A stretch of 64,000 bases of DNA from Takakia lepidozioides (GCA_030704615.1 CM060733.1:64914001-64978000); one strand, 5' to 3'; shown: positions 1-14,022, counted from the stretch's first letter. The notes: generated by a model not told the origin, from the letters alone. Translations and numbers: made by a program.

Positions 1-367
1 ACAATTTCTTTCTTGTTGCAACATGACACCACAATATGCAGCCCCCTACCTGTGCAGGTCCCTCCCTCCCACAACCCCCTTTGCGCTTTTTGGGTATTAA
101 GACAGGCCACCACAAGTTTGAACCTCCTGTGAGGGAGTCAGCAATCTGCAAAGTTGCATTTCTCATGGCACAAAATGGAAAAATGTATAGAAGACTTTAA
201 TAACAGATTTGGATTCCAAGGAATAGACAGTAGATAAACCCTTGTATCATGAGGTATAGAGGGCAAGAAAGTGGTGCTTCATCCTGCTAGTGGAAAATGG
301 AAAAAACTGCTGGGACCAAAAGGAAAAACAAATAAGAAGATGCAAATCCTGCCACAAACCTAAGAAA

Positions 368-1131
368 TCAGTACAGCAAATGCCCACTTACCTCTCGTGG
401 AAGAGGAGCTGGCCGTTTTGGTGCCCTCGGAGCATGCGTTGCATTGGGAGGCTCGGTCAGTCCACATGCACCACTGATGTAGTTCTCCAAATCTGATACC
501 TTGTCCACATCATCTCCATCCTCGTCCTCCTCTATGTCCTCGTCCATTTCCTCCTCCGAATTGTCGTCGTCATCTATGTTGTAATCCTCATCGAGCTCCT
601 GATCACGCTCGTCAAGTTCCTCTGCCTCAGAGCCCACCGACTGGGGAGTCTCGAGCTCTTCCTCCGCCATCGAAGGTAATGTTAGTTCTTTCAAGCGCCC
701 ACTTTGTCGAGGAGGCCCATTCCACACAACTTTGGAGCTCCTAGTCGGCCGTTGTACACTCCTAGCTATGCTGCGCACACATTTCCAAAACCCTGTGTGA
801 ATCTTGCCCTAAACAAAAGGCGATCGTGAAAGTGCCATCACCATGAAACCTATGGGAGGGAAAAGCAGTAGGCTAATGTGGTGGGAAACCCCTACTCACT
901 ACCTGTGTAGCATGCATACTAAGGACAAGGGTGATCTGCTCACCTGCGCGCAACGCTCCCAATGTTCAGCTGAGCCAACGTCTCCTTGTTGGCCGCTATG
1001 CACCTCTCTCGCTCTTCCTCGTAGGCAGTGCGTGGAGGGGTGTCGGGTGTAGAGGCCTTGCGTGTCCGTGCCATGGCGGGTTCCTCCTCGTCGCTCAAAT
1101 CGCAGTAATCAACCTCAAACAAGACTACCAT
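368..1131 (-). CDS. Probable small spliced acidic/basic protein gene, divergent from the CACTA TnpD gene; its putative ATG lies in the Gypsy TSD
   Basis: Minus-strand MVVLFEVDY...YEEERERCIAANKETLAQL ends at a CAG|GTGAG donor near 943; downstream ORF 368-778 has PPRQSGRLKE and a D/E-rich tract. Exon joining not resolved. Confidence 0.35.
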
Positions 1132-1855
1132 TGTCGCGGCCCTTTGCCTTGAGGGCAGGGGGTCGGGACACATCAGGGGCTGCCCCTGTGGTGGGGGCAG
1201 CGGCAGCGATAGGTATGGGGGGCTGAGGCACCCTTGAGTGCCCAAGGCACTCAGGGAAGCGGAGGCGCTCACTAGGTGGAGCCCCGCACACCGGGTTGCG
1301 GTGGGGGTGGCTCCACAAGGGGTGGTGGTAGCTTAGTGGGACTTAGTGGGGGTGGCATAGGACTCACCATGGGGGCGGAGACCTCGTGGTGGGAGTCGTG
1401 GGGAGTCTTGGGACTCATCACGGTCCATAGGGGCCGTGGTGAGCGGGCCAAGACTCACCGCGACTCACCACCGGGAGTCGAGGGTTTTCGTGGTGGTTCG
1501 CCATAAAATGGCATGGCTGGTTGTGGAACCCCCGCGGACAGCTACAGAAGTATATATAGGGAGTAGTAACCCCGAGAACGGTGCAAGCCCGTTGGTGACC
1601 AAAAACTAGTGAGTAAGCGAGGGAGCCGGAAAGCGACCAAAGAGTGGGGAGCTGTTCCGGACTGCCATCTACCAAAGGGAATTCTCCTAGTCCCAAATAG
1701 GTGGAGGGTTTAGAGGGAAGCGAAGGGGACCGTTATGTCCCGGTGAGCAGCCGAAACTCCAAGTTGGCCCGGCGGCCAGGTTGGGAGTCAGGCGCGCGCA
1801 TCAAAGCGAGTAACTATGACTTGAAGGGGAGTTTACCGAAGTGAGGTGTGCGACA
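1132..1855 (+). repeat. 5' LTR (724 bp)
   Basis: Starts TGTCGC, ends GCGACA; near-identical to 7362-8106. Confidence 0.97.
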
Positions 1856-1857
1856 TT

Positions 1858-1869
1858 TGGTATCAGAGC
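1858..1869 (+). promoter_or_regulatory. Primer-binding site, tRNA-iMet
   Basis: TGGTATCAGAGC 2 nt after the 5' LTR. Confidence 0.95.
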
Positions 1870-1910
1870 TTAGAGTTCAGTACGCGATCGTCCTTGGGAT
1901 TGGCCTCATC

Positions 1911-4900
1911 ATGGGGTCGGGCAAGCCGAAGCGAAAGCGGAACGGCCCAAAAGATGATGATCCCGGTGAGCCCGATGGGGGCGACGTGTCACCGAGGCGG
2001 CCGTTTGAGGAAGCGATGAATGTTTCCGAAAACGAGGCCGCTCAAGAACGGGAGGAATCCAAGGAGTCGGAGCCCGAGGAATCCTTGAGAGCTCCGACAA
2101 ACCAAGAGATGCCTCCCATGCCGGCAGCCTTTTGGGAAGGGTTGTTGGCGCAGTTTGGCGGGACGTTGAAAGACGTGTTGAAGGCGGCTAATGCCACTTC
2201 CACTAAGGCAAAGTTTAAGGTGAAGCCTAAGGAACCCGGCACCTTCGAGGGCGTTCGAAACCAGAAGGCACTCAACACCTGGCTCCTGGAGCTAGAGCAG
2301 TACTTCCGGGCGGCCAAGTTGAGTGACGAGGATCGGGTGGAAGTGGCTCCCACCTATTTGAGGGGCTATGCTCAACAATGGTGGCAGAAACGCCTTCACG
2401 ACCGAGGCCCAAGCCCGGAAACCTTGAACTGGAGTGGGTTCAAGGAATTGATGAAGAGACAGTTTGTGCCCCTCAACGCATCCTGGCTTGCCCGGGACAA
2501 GATGAGGAATTTGAAGCAAACAGACGACATTCGGGGGTATGTCCAGGCTTTCAATGTGCTGTTGCTCGAAGTCGCGGACATGGCAGAACCAAAAATGGTC
2601 TTCAACTTTGTGGCAGGACTGGCCCCATGGGCTAGGCGGAAGTTGGAGGAGAAGCCACCCAAGACTTTGAACGAGGCAATTGAGAGAGCTGAATGTTTCT
2701 CGGATGTCCCTAGGGGTGAGAGACAAGGCCGTACGGAGCTGAACCACAAGAAGACCCGGCGGGAAGGTGACTCCTCCCGACCGGAAAAGAAGTGCGAAAA
2801 TGGCACGTGGAAATCGAAGGGAGGTCCTTCACACGTCAAGGCGGCACCCGGTGCTTCGAAAGGAAAAGCGGGTGGAGCGGCTTATGGCGGACAGAAGGCG
2901 ACCTTTGATGGAGTGTGTTTCAATTGCGGGGAGCCCGGGCACATGGCCAAGAAGTGCACGAAACCCCGGCAATTGAACATGACTCGGGCGACCACGGAGC
3001 TGTCAGAAGATACCATCAGTCGCTTGGTGGAAGCGGTAGTCGCCAGGACTTGCAAGGTAGGCAACTATTCTTGTGAGTTGTATCAGGAAACTGGCGCCCT
3101 GCGAAAAGGGAGTCAATTATTGTTCGTGGATGGGATAATATCCGGAACTAACGTGTCGTTGTTGGTGGACACAGGAGCGTCGCACTCCTTCATGACGCCG
3201 GTGGCGGCGCGAAAGTTGGGACTCCCGACAAGTGACGTGGGGGCCTCTATTGAGGTGCGTTCTGCCAAAGGAGAACCTCAGTTGGCGACAAGGTTGGCGT
3301 TTGATGTTCCTCTTCAACTGGGGAGTTGGGAGGGACGTGAGAACTTCACTATCTGCGAGATCGATGGAGTGGATCTCATTTTAGGGATGACCTTTTTGAG
3401 CAAATCCGGAGCGGTCATAGATGGCCGCAAGAGAGTAGTCACGCTCCCATGTGGGAATGGTGACGAGGTTTTACGAGTGTCGGAAACGCCCAAATCCGTG
3501 GGAGGGCGAATAAACCTTCTGTCAGCAAAGGAGTGGGCCGTGGAGGAGGCACACGAGTCCCAGTTTTTGCTTTACATTAGAGAAGTGAAAGGAGAAGGCG
3601 ATGGGGAGCCGAGCCCAGATTGGATCAAGGGGATTTTGGAGAAATACCAGGATGTGATGCCGGAGGACTTACCAAGCGGCTTGCCACCGCGAAGAGGAGT
3701 TGACCACAAGATTGAGGTGATACCGGGAGCGGACCGCCTGCCAAGGCGCCCTACCGGTTGAGCCACAGAGAGTTGGTCGAGCTGAAGACTCAGCTCAAGG
3801 ATCTAATGTCAAAGGGGTACATCCGGCCGAGTAAGTCACCTTACGGAGCCCCGGTGCTATTTGCAGACAAGAAGGATGGGACGCTGCGGATGTGTGTCGA
3901 TTACAGGGCTCTGAATAAGGTGACTATCAAAAACGGTACCCTTTGCCAAGGATCGACGACCTCTTCGATCGGTTGGCAGGAGCGAAGTATTTCAGCCGGA
4001 TCGACTTGCGCTCCGGCTATCACCAAATTCGGGTGGCAGAAGGAGATGAGGAGAAGACCGCGTGCAGGACAAGGTATGGTTCATATGAGTTTTTGGTGAT
4101 GCCTTTTGGGCTCACCAATGCACCAGCGACATTTAGCACGCTGATGAACAGCCTTTTCCAAGAGTGGTTGGATGACTTCGTGATCGTGTACATCGACGAC
4201 ATCTTGGTGTACTCGAAAACAAAGGAGGAGCACCTGGAGCATCTCAAAAGGGTGTTCCAGAAATTGCGAGAAGGGAAGCTGTATGCCAAAGCTTCAAAGT
4301 GCGAATTCGGGGTCACAAAAGTGGAGTTCTTGGGGCATGTGATTACACAGGATGGGATCAAAATGGATGACAGAAAAGTGAGGGCGATCTTGGACTGGGA
4401 GCCTCCGACTTCGGTCCCGGGAGTGCGATCCTTCCTAGGACTCGCCTCCTATTACCGGAAGTATGTGAGAAATTTCGCCAAGATCGGGGGCCGCTGTCGG
4501 ACCTTCTGTGTAAATCCAAAGTCTGGGTATGGAACACATTTTGTGGCCAAGCTTTTGCTGAATTGAAGCAGCGGATGACGGAAGCTCCAGTCTTGAAAAT
4601 CCCGGAGTTCGATCGTCCGTTTGAGATTCATACAGATGCATCGGACTTCGCAATTGGGGGTGTACTTATGCAAGATGGACGTCCAGTGGCTTACGAAAGT
4701 AAGAAACTGAATGAAGTGGAGCGACGGTGGCCGACGCACGAAAAAGAGATGAAGGCGGTGGTGCATTGCCTTGAACTCTGGCGCCACTATGTTGGTTCCA
4801 ACCCAGTGAAGGTGTTCACGGACAATGTCACGGTGAAGTATTTTGCCACGCAGCCCAAGTTGTCCCCAAAACAACTTAGGTGGCAAGATACTTTGGCAGT

Positions 4901-6455
4901 GTTCGACGTGGATATCCAGTACAAACCGGGACGGGACAATGTGGTGGCCGATGCTTTAAGTAGAAAGCAGCAGCTCTTGTTGGTGTACAAGGGCGAGACG
5001 GCGCTCCAAAGGAAGATCCGGAAGGCTTGCCGGAAGGATGAGCTGGCAAAGTGCGTGATGCAGGACTTGAGAATGGGGGTTAAATCGCAGTTCCACTTGC
5101 AAAACGGACTGCTCCGGTATAAGCAAAAACGTCTCTATGTGCCAAAGGGAGGGATCAGGGATAGTCTCTTGAGAGAATGCCATGATAGCCCGCTTGCGGG
5201 CCACGGTGGAGCCAAGCGCACTGCGGCACTCTTGAAGAAAGAGTATTTCTGGCCCAAACTGAGGGAGGAGGCAGAGGAGTATGTCAAGACATGCACCACA
5301 TGCCAACAAAACCGGAGCGAGTACAAAAAGCAAGCGGGGCTGTTACAACCCTTGCCGATTCCAGAGGGGACTTGGGAAAGCGTCTCGATGGATTTCATGA
5401 CTGCTATGCCGCTGTCAAAAGGATTCGATGCAATCATGGTGGTGGTAGATAGGTTCAGTAAAATGGCCCATTTCATCCCCACCAAGGAGACGGCAACGGC
5501 GCAGGAGACAGGGCGACTTTACTTCGCCCACGTCTTAAAGCATCATGGAGTCCCGAAGGATATTGTCTCGGACCGCGATCCAAAGTTTACGAGTAAATTC
5601 TGGAGAGCACTTTGGAAGAAGATGGGGACGAGGCTGAAGATGAGCACCGCCTTCCGACCTACGACGGACGGCCAAACGGAAAGAGTGAATTCCGTAGTGA
5701 AGCAATTCTTGCGGAATTACGTGTCGGCAGACCAATCAGACTGGATGGAACACTTAGACGCGGCAGAGTTCTGTTATAATAACACAGAACACTCCGCGAC
5801 GGGAGTTTCCCCTTTTGTGTTGGTCTATGGAAAAGCACCTCTGGTGCCGACAAGTTGGGCTGCCCAGGACGTTGAGGAACCGGCAGTAGCGGCGGTACTG
5901 GAAGAACGCGAGCGTTTGTTGAAGCTCGCAAAGTACAACATTGCCAAAGCTAGGAAACGGTATGAAAGGCAGGCGAATCGGAAGCGGAGGGAAGTGAAGT
6001 TTGAGGCAGGCACAGAGGTCTGGTTGAACATCAAGAATTTCCGACTACCTCCGGAAGTGAGTCCGAAGTTCGTACCTCCGTATGCGGGTCCCTTTCGCAT
6101 TCGGAGGGTTATGAATGAGGATGTGTATGAATTGGAGCTACCGGCAAACAGCAAGGTGCACCCAGTATTCCATGTCTCCCTTTTGAAGCCTTACTTCAAA
6201 GATGAAGCACGTCCGAATCGGCAGCAAGTGTTGCGCCCGTCACCTATGCTGTTGGATCATGAAAATGAACCTGAGTACGAGGTGGAGGCAATACTTAAGT
6301 CAAGGAGGTTCAAGAACCGAGAAACGGAGTATCTCGTCAAATGGAAGGGCTATCATCTTGTGGAGGCATCTTGGGTGCGTGCCTCAGAAATGGGAAACGC
6401 ATCCGAGGCAGTTGCAGCGTTCGAAGGGCGACCTCAAAAGCGGAAGAAACGTTGA
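1911..6455 (+). CDS. Gag-Pol polyprotein (Gag, CCHC knuckle, aspartic protease, RT, RNase H, integrase, chromodomain), split by about 3 frameshifts
   Basis: [14 protein letters not shown]; LVDTGAS; MPFGLTNAP and YIDD; HTDASD; integrase H..H..C..C and DFM/SDRD/QTE; GPF motif; C-terminal [18 protein letters not shown] chromodomain. Frame changes near 3740, 3940 and 4490-4560. Confidence 0.95.
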
Positions 6456-7361
6456 TGGGGACATCAACCTTGGAGCGTGGGGGAGGAAATGCATACTTAG
6501 CCCGGTTTAGCTAGCTCAGGAATCCGATTGCAAAAACTTGTATTGTACAAAAATTTGTTATAAAGGAAATGGGTCCCAAATATTATGCGTCCTATTGTGT
6601 TTGGAATGGTGATGCTTGGTGTGGTTGGCTAGTGTGTAGAATGCATGCTAGCTTACAAAAGTGGGAGAGGTAAATTGGGTTAATCGTGTGTTTGCGCAGT
6701 GCCGAAATCGGGTGACTCCCATCCAAGGGGCAAGGAAACTTGCGCCTTATTTGGGAGTTCACGTGCTAGTGCGCACCTGGCGCGTGCGCGTACTATAACT
6801 GCGCTACCGAGGGGGTTGCCTTGTAGTGCGGGCTAACGCGGAAGCTACGTGCTTCCGTTCACGTACTATAATCGTGTAGCCTCGGGACGAAGTCGTAGTG
6901 CGGCTTCGGCGTGTTCCCGTACCTCAGGCCAGCATTCCAAGGCGGACCCAATTGTAGTGATTGGGGCGCACGGTTGGTTCAAGATTATCTTCATAGTCAA
7001 AGAGGGTTCCAGGTGAACCCTTGCTCAAGGTGATGCCAAAAGCGGCATCATGAGCGATCGCAAGCAATGTTGTTGCAGTAAGGCGATTCGATCCTCGGGG
7101 AGGATCGTTCCTTGGCCTTGAAGTAGGCCAAGAAGAGTGCACTGGGAGGAGCTGGAGAGGCTCCACCCTTGGCCGGGACTTGGAGGAAGTCGGCCGAACT
7201 AGCTAGTGGAGAGTAGAGTCAAGTGTGGGGTTTGGTTCTTTGCCATGGGACGCCATGGTGCGGAAACAAACTCCTTGATGTGGGACGCCACAGCTTGGAT
7301 GTTCGTTTCTACAAAATGGACAAGTCGATAAGGACATCGACTCCCTGTTGGTAGGGGTGTG

Positions 7362-8106
7362 TGTCGCGGCCCTTTGCCTTGAGGGCAGGGGGTTGGGACA
7401 CATCAGGGGCTGCCCCTGTGGTGGGGGCAGCGGCAGCGATAGGTATGGGGGGCTGAGGCACCCTTGAGTGCCCAAGGCACTCAGGGAAGCGGAGGCGCTC
7501 ACTAGGTGGAGCCCCGCACACCGGGTTGCGGTGGGGGTGGCTCCACAAGCGGTGGGGTGGCTCCACAAGGGGTGGTGGTAGCTTAGTGGGACTTAGTGGG
7601 GGTGGCATAGGACTCACCATGGGGGCGGAGACCTCGTGGTGGGAGTCGTGGGGAGTCTTGGGACTCATCACGGTCCATAGGGGCCGTGGTGAGCGGGCCA
7701 AGACTCACCGCGACTCACCACCGGGAGTCGAGGGTTTTCGTGGTGGTTCGCCATAAAATGGCATGGCTGGTTGTGGAACCCCCGCGGACAGCTACAGAAG
7801 TATATATAGGGAGTAGTAACCCCGAGAACGGTGCAAGCCCGTTGGTGACCAAAAACTAGTGAGTAAGCGAGGGAGCCGGAAAGCGACCAAAGAGTGGGGA
7901 GCTGTTCCGGACTGCCATCTACCAAAGGGAATTCTCCTAGTCCCAAATAGGTGGAGGGTTTAGAGGGAAGCGGAAGGGGACCGTTATGTCCCGGTGAGCA
8001 GCCGAAACTCCAAGTTGGCCCGGCGGCCAGGTTGGGAGTCAGGCGCGCGCATCAAAGCGAGTAACTATGACTTGAAGGGGAGTTTACCGAAGTGAGGTGT
8101 GCGACA
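7362..8106 (+). repeat. 3' LTR (745 bp)
   Basis: Copy of the 5' LTR with a 20-bp tandem duplication near 7541-7560, a 1-bp insertion and one visible substitution; preceded by purine-rich GGTAGGGG. Confidence 0.97.
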
Positions 8107-8280
8107 ACCATGATCTACTGATCAAACAATAGAAGGAGCGCATGTAGGAAACAGAGGGGAGGTGGACCCGCCATACGAATACTCCAACGCCTGCAAGCAC
8201 AAACGTAGGTTCCCCACATCCGAGCACTTGCTGACTTCCCACTTCAAAAACTAGCCAAACCCAGAAGCGTTTCGTGGGGG

Positions 8281-11200
8281 ATGAGAGAGGCCGGAACTAG
8301 AAACACCCGGTGCCGCACTGCGGTGCCCCACACTGACGCAGGACTTTGGCAAATCGAGGAACGACGTGCAACTAGACTGGGTATTTCAAAGATAATGTGT
8401 CCCTGCAACGACTGCCATGGGGGTCGACTCCAATTCGTGGAAACTGCCAAATTGCATTTGCTTGCCAACGACCGGGATCCACTGTTCGGTTATCCCATGG
8501 TGAGTGACGTGCATCTCTCGCCTCACTTCTCGCAGACATAACTTAGGATGAAGCCCTTAGAATGGTAATGCTGAACGGCCCTTCACTGTACATGTACGGT
8601 GGACTATTGTATGGAAACTAGCACGGTCAATTTGGAGATTCCCTGTTTTATGCAACACGTTACATTTTGGACAAGACTATACTCTTATAGTTTGCAGGTG
8701 AACATGCAGGTGGAGAGTGTTGACTCCGAAGACGAAGACTTTGTGGAAGAACGTAGCCCCCCTGAGGATGATGTGGAAAGACAGATTAGCCCTGTTCCTG
8801 TTCGTGGTGGAGAGAATCTAGACCCCGACGTCGACATCATTCGCATGTTGCAGGAAACATTTGCAGTTGCAGATAATGTGCAAAGCACCATTAATGAGGA
8901 TGAAGGGCTTGGAGAAGACGAGCGCCATCATGATGGACAAAGTCATGGGGATGGGGATGACGGTGCTGCTTTCCAATTTCAGCATCAAGCAACCACACCT
9001 CTGTATGTTGGCTGCCCCACCAGCTACTTGAGTGCGACGTTGCTTTTGCTCAATGTTAGTGCTACTCATGGTGTCACAAACACAGCGATGGATGAGCTTC
9101 TGAAACTTTTTTCACGGACATCTATTGCGTAAAGGGAACTTTTTGCCCAAATCTCATTACGAAGCGAAGAAACTTATAACAAAAGTTGGGCTTAATTACA
9201 ATAGCATCCATGCTTGTGAGAAGGGATGTGTGCTATACAGGGGAGATCTGCAGGATGCACCGTCTTGCCCTAAATGTGGGGCGCCTCGGTACATCCCTGG
9301 CATGAAGACGTTGGTTCCACAGAAGGTCTTGCGGCATTTCCCCTTGATTCCCCGGCTGCAGCGCATGTACAAGTGCAAGGAGATATCTAAGCTTATGGTG
9401 TGGCACATGGAGAACCAAAGTCAAGATGGGAAGATGAGACACCCGCCTGACAGCCTTGCATGGAAATACATTGACGATACATGGCCTGCTTTTGCAGCTG
9501 AACCTCGCAACTTGCGACTAGGTCTGGCATGGGATGGTATCAATCCCTTTGGTGATAAATCAACAAAATGGTCTACGTGGCCAGTCTTGCTCATGAACTA
9601 CAACCTTCCTCCTTGGCTGAGCACAAAGCCTTTTTTTATGATGTTGTCACTCTTAATTCCAGGGCCGACATCCGTGAAGAAGACCAATGCGGATGTGTTC
9701 TTGCAGCCTCTGGTGGATGAGCTGACCGTGTTGTGGGAAGGTGTTAGGGCTAATGATGCATCTGACAATGAAGGATCAAGGACCTTTGTCATGAGAGCCA
9801 TTCTGATGTGGTCAGTACATGACTATCCTGCATATGCCATGCTAGCAGGGTGTGCAGTTGGGGGCTACAAGGCTTGTCCCGTGTGCGGGCCCAATCTTGA
9901 TGCCAGGCACTCCAGTGCACTGAGCAAAATGGTGTACCAGGGGCACGGAAAATTCTTACCAGCAGGCCATCCATATAGACGCAATCGCAACCACTTCAAT
10001 GGAGCCTCCGATCACAGACCCCCCCCCCCCCCCCCAAGTATCCACTGTGGATCAGCTCCAAAATGCGGAGGAAAACGAGAGGTTCATGGAAACATTTGGC
10101 AGCCGTCGCCGGAATGTGTGCCCTGCCAAATCCCATGGCATGAAGCGAAGGTCGATCCTTTGGAACCTGCCATATTGGAAGGTGGGTATGTCTTCATTGT
10201 TTGTTTGTCGGCAGGGCTGATTTCATAGTTGCATGGATACAGTTGTAAGGATCATCACACACGACTTAGATTTCAGCCTAATGCAAATTGCATGAAGCAA
10301 GTTTGGAGTCGCCTATGTATGGCACATGTAGCAGCAATATGGTTGTTTCCATGAAAATGTCTGGTTTTTGTCTCTCAGGATACTGTCTGCAGCATGCAAG
10401 GCTGGTTTCTTCCTTTTCCCATTATTAAGATGTCATCTCTTGGCTTTACCATCAAAGTATACCATATTGATGGTGGTTCCATGATTGCAGGATTTGTTGA
10501 TACGGTATACCCTTGATGTTATGCACTGTGAAAAAAACATTTCTGAAAACATATTGCGCACCATATTGGGGGAAAAGGACACAGTAAAGAGCAGGAAGGA
10601 CATGGAGAATGAGGGCATACGACCTCACTTATGGTTAAAACCCCACCCCGGAGATGGCAGGAAGTTGGTGAAGCCGCAGGCTCCTTACGTGTTGAATCAA
10701 CAGGAAACTACTACCTTCTATGCAACTTTGGGTGCTCTAAAGACACCGACAGGGTATGGTGCTTCATTTAAGAAGCATATTGCTAAGAACAAGCTTTCAC
10801 ACATGAAGAGTCATGACTACCATCTACTGATGCAACAAGTTCTACCTTTGTGCATTCGAGGTTTGTTGGGCAAAGGTCCAAGGCTCGCAATCATGAAACT
10901 ATCTCGTGTATTTCGCGCATTGTGCATGAAAATAGTGGATCCCGAGGAACTACCAGCCCTGAAGGAGGATGTGGTTGTAACGCTTTGTTTGTTGGAGAAA
11001 GAGTTTCCCCCCTCATTCTTCGATCTCATGACCCACCTTGTGCTACACCTTGTGAATGAATTGGAGGTTTGTGGTCCTGTTAGTTCGCGTTGGATGTACC
11101 CCATCGAGAGGTACATGAAAATTTTGAAGGGATATGTGAAGAGCTATGCCCGGCCAGAAGGTTGCATGGCCAGGAGGTATTCTCTTGATGAGGCTCTTGG

Positions 11201-12460
11201 CCTCCTCACAGAGTACATGGTTGCATTTCCAGGAACTCGTAGAAGGGTCTGGGATTGCAACGAAGAAGAAAGTGTTGCGGGAGAAGTATTAGAGGGCTTT
11301 GGAACTCCAAGGAAACTGTCGGCTGAGCTTCGGGCTAGTGCACACGACTATGTGCTTCACAACACGGCGTGCATGAGACCGTTTCTGAGGTAAGTATACA
11401 TCATTTATTTGGCTTCACATGCTAACTCTGGGGGCCATTTCCGGACACAAAATTGGCGCATTCTCAATTTTCACTCAGCCTCTTTGTACATACTATGGTC
11501 CTGACTAAGTGTGAATTGAGTATGACCAGACTTTATGATATTGAAAAGGCCACCATAGAATCAGCCAGAGCCGAATTTCGAGCCACATACACCACCCAAG
11601 GGAGAAATGTACACCAACGCACCGTTCCATACCCCGAAAACATGTTGCCTTTGCCTGCTTTTCATATGTGGATACAGTCGGCAGTACAAAATGTTGTTTC
11701 AAGAGGAGCAGCGTATGATGCAAATATTCGTCATCTGTGTAAGCCACCAGGGTTTGTTGCTCGTTCATTTCGGTCTATGTGGGCATACGGAAATCACTAT
11801 AGAGTGGTGGAAACAGGTGTGGTTGATTACCATGTCACATTCGACTCTAGGGTTGCACAGATTTTTGCCGAAGAGTCAACGGGAAGGGGTGTGGATGGTA
11901 ACCCTGTCATGAACCAGCTGCAATATGTTGGTGTTGTTCGTGAAATTTTACAGCTTTAGTATGGTGCTGTCACTCCTGTAGTATTCATATGTGAATGGGT
12001 CAGAGCAAGCTTGACAGGTCGCAACCGCACCATGAAGAAGGATGAGTATGGTTTCCTACTCGTGGACTTTGATCGCATGTTGCCACCGGGAGATGAACCG
12101 TTCACATTTCCATGGCAAGTCAAGCAAGTTTTTTTTGCAGATGAGCCCTCCAACGCTGGTAACTGGAAAGTAGTACTCCAAAAGGAGCTGCGCTCACGGC
12201 GCGTGGTACATGATGTCACTGGTGTCAGCTTGGGTGAGAATGAGTCATGCGTAAGGATGCAAGTGGCGGAGGCATTGGAGGATGTGAATCCCAACACAGA
12301 ATTTGGACCTTCAACGACCCTTACCGAAGCTGAGATGGCTACTATTGCTATGATGAGGCCCCCACGAAGGGACGAACCATGGCACCGAGATAGTGAGGAT
12401 TGCAACACTGACCATGAGTGTAGTGAAAGTAGTGGCGATGAAGATGACTACATCTGGTAA
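8281..12460 (+). pseudogene. CACTA/En-Spm TnpD-like transposase (transposase-associated domain, Transposase_21, DUF4218- and DUF4216-like), multi-exon, frameshifted
   Basis: CPCNDC..HL; IHACEKGCVLY..CPKCGAPRY; RNLRLGLAWDGINPF; HDYPA; LDVMHCEKN; MKSHDYH; RWMYPIERYM; FTFPWQVKQVFF. Introns about 8500-8697, 10182-10490 and from 11390; frameshifts near 9125, 10030 (poly-C) and 11955. Confidence 0.92.
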
Positions 12461-12735
12461 AAGGACAATAGCGTCATGTTGACATTTTAACTGACACACT
12501 GAGTGACATTTTCAGTTCCAAATCACAGGACACCCTATGCTTCAGCCACTGGCCTGGTAAAATGACATATGCATTATATGACATTTTGAGTGGCACACTG
12601 AGGCGCATTTTGAGTCCCAAATCAGCGGACATCCTGTGCTGCAGCATCCACTTGTTGCGGTTATTTTCCCTGTGAATGTAGCAGCGAGGAAGATGATTCC
12701 TGGTAAAAGGGCAATAGCGTCATGTTGGCATTTTG
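12439..12735 (+). repeat. Short diverged direct repeats downstream of TnpD
   Basis: CTGGTAAAAGGRCAATAGCGTCATGTTGRCATTTT near 12454 and 12700, plus a ~70-bp unit near 12481 and 12580. Confidence 0.6.
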
Positions 12736-14022
12736 GGTTGCTTCAGTTGTTACTCCACCTCTCTACTATCTCCCCCCCTGCCCACATCCATGCCTTACTT
12801 ACTCTCTAGCTACGAACTGAATTTTGATGCCTCTGCTCCTCCCTCCCCCTCTCTATTTTCCCTGTGTTCAGATTGTGGGGGTTGGGTGCAATGTGTTGGG
12901 GATGTACTTCTTTATAATGTTTGTTCTGGTTTGGTGCAGTCGGGGGACAATCTGCACAACAAGTCACATGTTGGATCTGATGGGCATTGCAACTGTGGAT
13001 GCTGATTCACATGTCTTCCCCACTAATGGGACCCCTCTGTTCATGCTTGGGATTTGGCAAGTTCGTAAACCCCCACTTTTTTGACTGTGTGCTTGCAGGT
13101 CACATGGGCAGAGCCATGCATGGGGCGGAGCCATTTGGCTACAGGTTCAATTCCTCCGCACATGACAGTATGTGGCCCTATTTATGATGGCTTTGACTTA
13201 CTCATAGAGAGGGCTCGTTCCACGGTTACTCTATTTTTTGGCTTGTTTAAAAACCCTCACTGTGACAGGGATGAGGCTTCTATCATTGCTCAATTTAGAG
13301 GCAATGTGATGGTGGAGGAGAATGTTCATGAATCACAAGAAGGTATGTGGCACCTCGGAACCCATGAATTCAGAATCATGGAGATTCCAGATTCATATAT
13401 AGCCAAAGTTGATCTTTTGCTTTGTGAGTTCTCTCTGTTTCTCATGTTTGTGAGATTCGGTGCTTCATCCCTCTGCATGTACCACCCCGCTTTGTCATGA
13501 TTGCCAGTTGGAATTGTAGAGATGACCTTTCTTTGAAAAACATACATACTTTGTATAGGGGGCTTGAGGTGAGCAATCCAAAGACAATTATGTGTTACAG
13601 ACACCAATTACCAGTCCACATTATCGGTGTGTACTTTGCATGGATTTGCAACCCCCCACATTATTTGGTCCTTCCAAAAATAAAACTCTTTCTTGCTAGA
13701 GCTGGAAGCTCATGGGCGCTACCCTAGCCCTCTCCAAAATCTGCTCTACTTTACTGGGATTCTCACTTCTTCTAATCGCTGTATTTGCGAGTTTAGTTGC
13801 ATAACTAGGAAGGGAGTAGTCCCTCACCGGGCTCGTCATGAAGTCGGCCCTCGCAAAGAACGGGACATTCTTCCTGGCAGGAAGTGTAGGCCCTACATGT
13901 TTCGACCCGGACCCTGCAATCCTGCACATGACAATCATCAACGAGACTAATGAGAACCACAGTCCGGAAATTCGTTTGACAAAAATGACCCAGAAGGCTT
14001 TGCAAACTTACAATGTTTGCAC

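Larger units (their letters stand above)
1132..8106 (+). mobile_element. Full-length Ty3/Gypsy chromovirus LTR retrotransposon
   Basis: TG...CA LTRs at 1132-1855 and 7362-8106; 5-bp TSD ACCAT at 1127-1131 and 8107-8111; tRNA-iMet PBS; gag-PR-RT-RH-IN-chromodomain order. Confidence 0.98.

Noticed and set aside
1276-1696. ORFs inside the chromovirus LTRs (duplicated at 7526-7946)
   Set aside because: G-rich LTR sequence with no protein signature.
3740-3770. Programmed gag-pol frameshift
   Set aside because: It lies after the protease at the RT start and is one of several indels; mutation or sequencing error is more likely.
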